A stretch of DNA of 64,000 nt, taken from contig NC_043016.1 of the NCBI RefSeq assembly GCF_006345805.1, positions 31,186,001-31,250,000 of the forward strand. The letters run 5' to 3'. The notes under the pieces were generated by a model. That model did no database searches. It worked only from the letters and a program-made list of their open reading frames with translations, and was not told the origin of the DNA. A program made the position numbers and the translations under genes. Origin of the DNA: Octopus sinensis (Eukaryota). This document shows positions 62,801-64,000 of this stretch, piece after piece; position 1 is the first letter of the stretch, and every line of letters starts with the position of its first letter.

Positions 62801-63978
62801 AGAAAAAATTACTAAAAACCATAAAAAAGGTAACAAAAAAAAAAATCTTTTATTTAGAACTGCTTTTATTAGAAAACTTGCTTTTTTTTTATATATATAG
62901 AAACTGAAGAGTTTCTAGGAAAAAAAAAAAAAAAAGACACGTGAAATTGAAAACGAAAAAAATTCAATGAAATGTTCAATAGCCACAAACAACCCAATGA
63001 ACTAAGACTTTGAAAGCTCAAATTAATCTGAGAATAAATCAGATTCACAAACATCAGACCAACTGCAGCAAAGACCTACCCCAGTTAAGTTTATTTTGTT
63101 CATAAGGATGTATGCTCCTTTGAACGTGCACAAGGTTTATAGCAAACACATACAACCTACTGGCTAGTTTATCATCAACCAGAAAATGCATGCTTTAAGA
63201 CCTCCATGCAGAACATTTTCCCTACACTTTTCTAAGACTGCATCTTTCTCACGCTTACTACCACACAGGCAATACATATGTATACTCATGTTTTCAATTT
63301 TAATCTTTGACAATTTAAATTAAATGTTACCCAAACCAACCTGTGGCAAACATTCAATGCTTCCAGTCCAAGAGGTCTCAATGGAGTGGGTGGGAGGAGG
63401 CAGTTAACCCCCAAAATATATTTAGCTGAATTACTTCAAAGCTGTAAGTTTAAAATAAAGAACAAGTTAAACACTTTTTTTTTTTTATAATCTTTCATTT
63501 CCCCATACTAATAAACTTCATGTCCCTCCCCATTCAGCACAAGAGCCCCTTTTCTCAGCTAAGTCAAAATACATTACAAATTGAATTTACCTGGTGATTG
63601 TAATATTTGGATGACTTCTCGATGGCCTTCGTCATTTCTTTCTCTTGCTTTGTCTAATGGAGTTTTTCCATCTTCATCTCTAAGATCTGGATTAGCACCA
63701 TATCTTAGTAAAGTCTAAATAACAAATCGGAAACAACCATTTCTGTAATCATGCATTTGAAACTTAATGTTTTAAATTAGATTTATTGAAGATTTTATGT
63801 AAATCAAACAAAAACATTAAACATCACATAACCTAAATAATTTCAAGTAAACTAATAAACAATAAAATAAGATAATAACCTTTACTATTTGAGGTCTACC
63901 AAAACATGCTGCATAGTGCAATGAGGATGATCGAAGGCCTCTGTTTACATCAGCACCACGTTCACAAAGAAATTCAAC
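26464..63978 (-). CDS. HECTD1: E3 ubiquitin-protein ligase HECTD1, spliced, 5'-partial (N-terminal ARM region and first ankyrin repeats lie beyond the window); 38 exons listed individually below
   Basis: All 38 exons have AG/GT boundaries with matching phases and sum to 6180 nt. Domains seen: ankyrin repeats ([35 protein letters not shown]), SUN-like domain ([26 protein letters not shown]), MIB/HERC2 ([30 protein letters not shown]), and HECT domain ([39 protein letters not shown]-stop) with the catalytic Cys. Confidence 0.97.
26878..27025 (-). CDS. HECTD1: HECTD1 exon (HECT)
   Basis: [39 protein letters not shown], 148 nt. Confidence 0.94.
27811..28013 (+). mobile_element. SINE family B 3' part
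   Basis: ggcgttaggaagggcatccagctgtagaaac..ggacgttaaacgatgatgatgat. Confidence 0.82.
28049..28283. mobile_element. Fold-back fragment, probably a Penelope-like element end with an inverted pseudo-LTR
   Basis: ~48-bp inverted arms (AAAATGAGACAACAAAACCAAGGCTGTG) with a hammerhead-like motif between them. The PLE assignment is an inference. Confidence 0.6.
28169..28216 (+). ncRNA. Degenerate minimal hammerhead motif (second family)
   Basis: TCT-CTGATAA-aGTGATAT ccata ATATCCCa-GAAA-C AGCT G-TA-AGA. Confidence 0.5.
28676..28769 (-). CDS. HECTD1: HECTD1 exon (HECT)
   Basis: [31 protein letters not shown], 94 nt. Confidence 0.94.
29313..29718 (+). mobile_element. SINE family A
   Basis: Same head, core and tail as 12254-12653. 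Confidence 0.86.
29810..30192 (-). mobile_element. SINE family A (inverted relative to 29313-29718)
   Basis: Reverse complement of the family A sequence. Confidence 0.84.
30437..30515 (-). CDS. HECTD1: HECTD1 exon (HECT)
   Basis: [26 protein letters not shown], 79 nt. Confidence 0.93.
31271..31863 (-). CDS. HECTD1: HECTD1 exon (HECT)
   Basis: [48 protein letters not shown], 593 nt. Confidence 0.95.
32068..32205 (-). CDS. HECTD1: HECTD1 exon (HECT)
   Basis: [35 protein letters not shown], 138 nt. Confidence 0.95.
32446..32644 (-). CDS. HECTD1: HECTD1 exon
   Basis: [31 protein letters not shown], 199 nt. Confidence 0.94.
32799..32926 (-). CDS. HECTD1: HECTD1 exon
   Basis: [42 protein letters not shown], 128 nt. 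Confidence 0.94.
33380..33459 (-). CDS. HECTD1: HECTD1 exon
   Basis: ..[18 protein letters not shown], 80 nt. Confidence 0.92.
33705..33746 (-). ncRNA. Degenerate minimal type I hammerhead-ribozyme motif in a Penelope-like fragment
   Basis: CCT-TTGACGA-GAACC caataa GGTTT-T-GAAA-A TCGA T-TA-AGG; the core carries substitutions. Confidence 0.6.
34087..34267 (-). CDS. HECTD1: HECTD1 exon
   Basis: [22 protein letters not shown].., 181 nt. Confidence 0.87.
34335..34600 (-). mobile_element. SINE family B fragment
   Basis: ctggatgccctccctaactccaaccattcc..gcacagcatattgccaaagg. Confidence 0.7.
35017..35068 (-). CDS. HECTD1: HECTD1 exon
   Basis: [17 protein letters not shown], 52 nt. Confidence 0.88.
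35414..35544 (-). CDS. HECTD1: HECTD1 exon
   Basis: ..[19 protein letters not shown], 131 nt. Confidence 0.92.
35776..35864 (-). CDS. HECTD1: HECTD1 exon
   Basis: [23 protein letters not shown], 89 nt. Confidence 0.88.
37734..37890 (-). CDS. HECTD1: HECTD1 exon
   Basis: ..[41 protein letters not shown], 157 nt. Confidence 0.94.
38586..38963 (-). mobile_element. SINE family A
   Basis: Full head-to-tail reverse-complement copy. Confidence 0.86.
39209..39492 (-). CDS. HECTD1: HECTD1 exon (linker, acidic tract)
   Basis: [42 protein letters not shown], 284 nt. Confidence 0.92.
39972..40268 (-). CDS. HECTD1: HECTD1 exon (linker)
   Basis: ..[22 protein letters not shown].., 297 nt. Confidence 0.88.
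41058..41283 (-). CDS. HECTD1: HECTD1 exon (linker)
   Basis: [22 protein letters not shown], 226 nt, phase 0/1. Confidence 0.85.
42175..42400 (+). mobile_element. Degenerate SINE (different core)
   Basis: ggcttaatggttaggg..cttgagcaagacactttatttcactttgctccagtcc.. Confidence 0.6.
46831..46977 (-). CDS. HECTD1: Candidate alternative (cassette) HECTD1 exon
   Basis: Acceptor ttctctttattgttacAG, donor GGG|GTGAGC, 147 nt open in phase 0/0 ([20 protein letters not shown]). No homology support that I can recognise. Confidence 0.55.
48642..49010. mobile_element. piggyBac-like MITE family 2 with internal duplication
   Basis: CCCTTTAGCATT..AATGCTAAAGGG-TTAA; the ~150-nt internal segment occurs twice. 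Confidence 0.78.
49378..49791 (+). mobile_element. SINE family A (a head fragment lies upstream at about 49215-49365)
   Basis: Near-identical to 12254-12653. Confidence 0.88.
50366..50406 (+). ncRNA. Degenerate minimal hammerhead motif, same family as 33705-33746
   Basis: CCT-CTGATAA-GACC ccaataa AGTTC-AAAA-A TTAA T-GA-AGG; the upstream TTGAGTATATAAA..TGGCTG..TTTCTC is also shared. Confidence 0.5.
50821..51145 (-). mobile_element. Degenerate SINE family A; a degenerate (+) SINE follows at about 51170-51549
   Basis: tacttgtttcagtc..gacttgcccaagg..aactgaacccagaacc. Confidence 0.72.
52111..52236 (-). CDS. HECTD1: HECTD1 exon (low-complexity linker)
   Basis: [27 protein letters not shown], 126 nt, phase 0/0. 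Confidence 0.85.
52680..52861 (-). CDS. HECTD1: HECTD1 exon (MIB/HERC2)
   Basis: [37 protein letters not shown], 182 nt. Confidence 0.93.
53422..53598 (-). CDS. HECTD1: HECTD1 exon (MIB/HERC2)
   Basis: [43 protein letters not shown], 177 nt. Confidence 0.94.
53842..54005 (-). CDS. HECTD1: HECTD1 exon
   Basis: [35 protein letters not shown], 164 nt. Confidence 0.94.
54656..54754 (-). CDS. HECTD1: HECTD1 exon (SUN-like domain)
   Basis: [32 protein letters not shown], 99 nt. Confidence 0.94.
55354..55434 (-). CDS. HECTD1: HECTD1 exon (SUN-like domain)
   Basis: [26 protein letters not shown], 81 nt. Confidence 0.93.
55616..55970 (+). mobile_element. SINE family A abutting a HECTD1 donor site
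   Basis: Family A head and tail; ends 6 nt from the exon 55977-56120 boundary. Confidence 0.84.
55977..56120 (-). CDS. HECTD1: HECTD1 exon (SUN-like domain)
   Basis: [43 protein letters not shown], 144 nt. Confidence 0.94.
56477..56619 (-). CDS. HECTD1: HECTD1 exon (SUN-like domain)
   Basis: [26 protein letters not shown], 143 nt. Confidence 0.94.
56799..56933 (-). CDS. HECTD1: HECTD1 exon
   Basis: [37 protein letters not shown], 135 nt. Confidence 0.94.
57170..57570 (+). mobile_element. 3' remnant of a CR1/L2-type LINE
   Basis: Frame-broken translation resembling ..[40 protein letters not shown].., typical of LINE C-termini. Confidence 0.55.
57631..57742 (-). CDS. HECTD1: HECTD1 exon
   Basis: [34 protein letters not shown], 112 nt. 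Confidence 0.93.
57880..57968 (-). CDS. HECTD1: HECTD1 exon
   Basis: [20 protein letters not shown], 89 nt. Confidence 0.87.
58793..58939 (-). CDS. HECTD1: HECTD1 exon
   Basis: [37 protein letters not shown], 147 nt. Confidence 0.88.
59010..59221. mobile_element. piggyBac-like MITE family 2
   Basis: TTAA flanks, CCCTTTAACATT..AATGTTAAAGGG. Confidence 0.82.
59303..59440 (-). CDS. HECTD1: HECTD1 exon
   Basis: [22 protein letters not shown], 138 nt, phase 0/0. Confidence 0.9.
59894..60061 (-). CDS. HECTD1: HECTD1 exon
   Basis: [34 protein letters not shown].., 168 nt. Confidence 0.92.
60450..60625 (-). CDS. HECTD1: HECTD1 exon
   Basis: [22 protein letters not shown], 176 nt. Confidence 0.92.
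60730..60958 (-). CDS. HECTD1: HECTD1 exon
   Basis: ..[61 protein letters not shown], 229 nt. Confidence 0.94.
61178..61333 (-). CDS. HECTD1: HECTD1 exon
   Basis: [31 protein letters not shown].., 156 nt. Confidence 0.92.
62144..62285 (-). CDS. HECTD1: HECTD1 exon
   Basis: [23 protein letters not shown], 142 nt. Confidence 0.92.
62399..62588 (-). CDS. HECTD1: HECTD1 exon
   Basis: [31 protein letters not shown].., 190 nt. Confidence 0.92.
63591..63714 (-). CDS. HECTD1: HECTD1 exon (ankyrin)
   Basis: [41 protein letters not shown], 124 nt. Confidence 0.93.
63880..63978 (-). CDS. HECTD1: HECTD1 exon (ankyrin)
   Basis: [33 protein letters not shown], 99 nt, AG/GT. Confidence 0.93.
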
Positions 63979-64000
63979 CTAGCAAACAAGAAAAATTCAT

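Noticed and set aside
1-64000. CRISPR arrays, rRNA or true tRNA genes, prokaryotic operons
   Set aside because: None seen. The tRNA-like boxes belong to SINE heads and the sequence is clearly intron-containing animal DNA.

Overview
Eukaryotic, very AT-rich genomic DNA. The SINE and MITE families suggest an octopus; this is an inference from repeat content. Two intron-rich genes lie in tandem on the minus strand. (1) A 5'-truncated HECTD1 E3 ubiquitin ligase: I traced 38 exons by hand from 63978 to the TGA at 26464. They join in one open frame with matching phases (6180 nt, 2059 aa in window), plus one candidate cassette exon at 46831-46977. (2) A complete CNOT7/8 (CAF1/POP2) deadenylase: 6 coding exons, 17526 to 8760, 303 aa, with a GC-AG last intron. 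The rest is transposon debris: a decayed CR1/L2-group LINE, a mariner relic, a decayed hAT (hATm-like) transposase, piggyBac-like TTAA MITEs, many tRNA-type SINEs and Penelope-like fragments. Best second-look items: three degenerate minimal hammerhead-ribozyme motifs, two of which belong to one family and together rebuild a canonical core; a 183-bp CpG-rich inverted repeat at the likely CNOT7 promoter; the candidate HECTD1 cassette exon; exons that begin with a splice-donor motif; an overlapping uORF in CNOT7; inverted SINE pairs; and possible restorative A-to-I sites. I found no convincing wholly new multi-gene system. Comparisons with human proteins and exon structures are from memory and need alignment.
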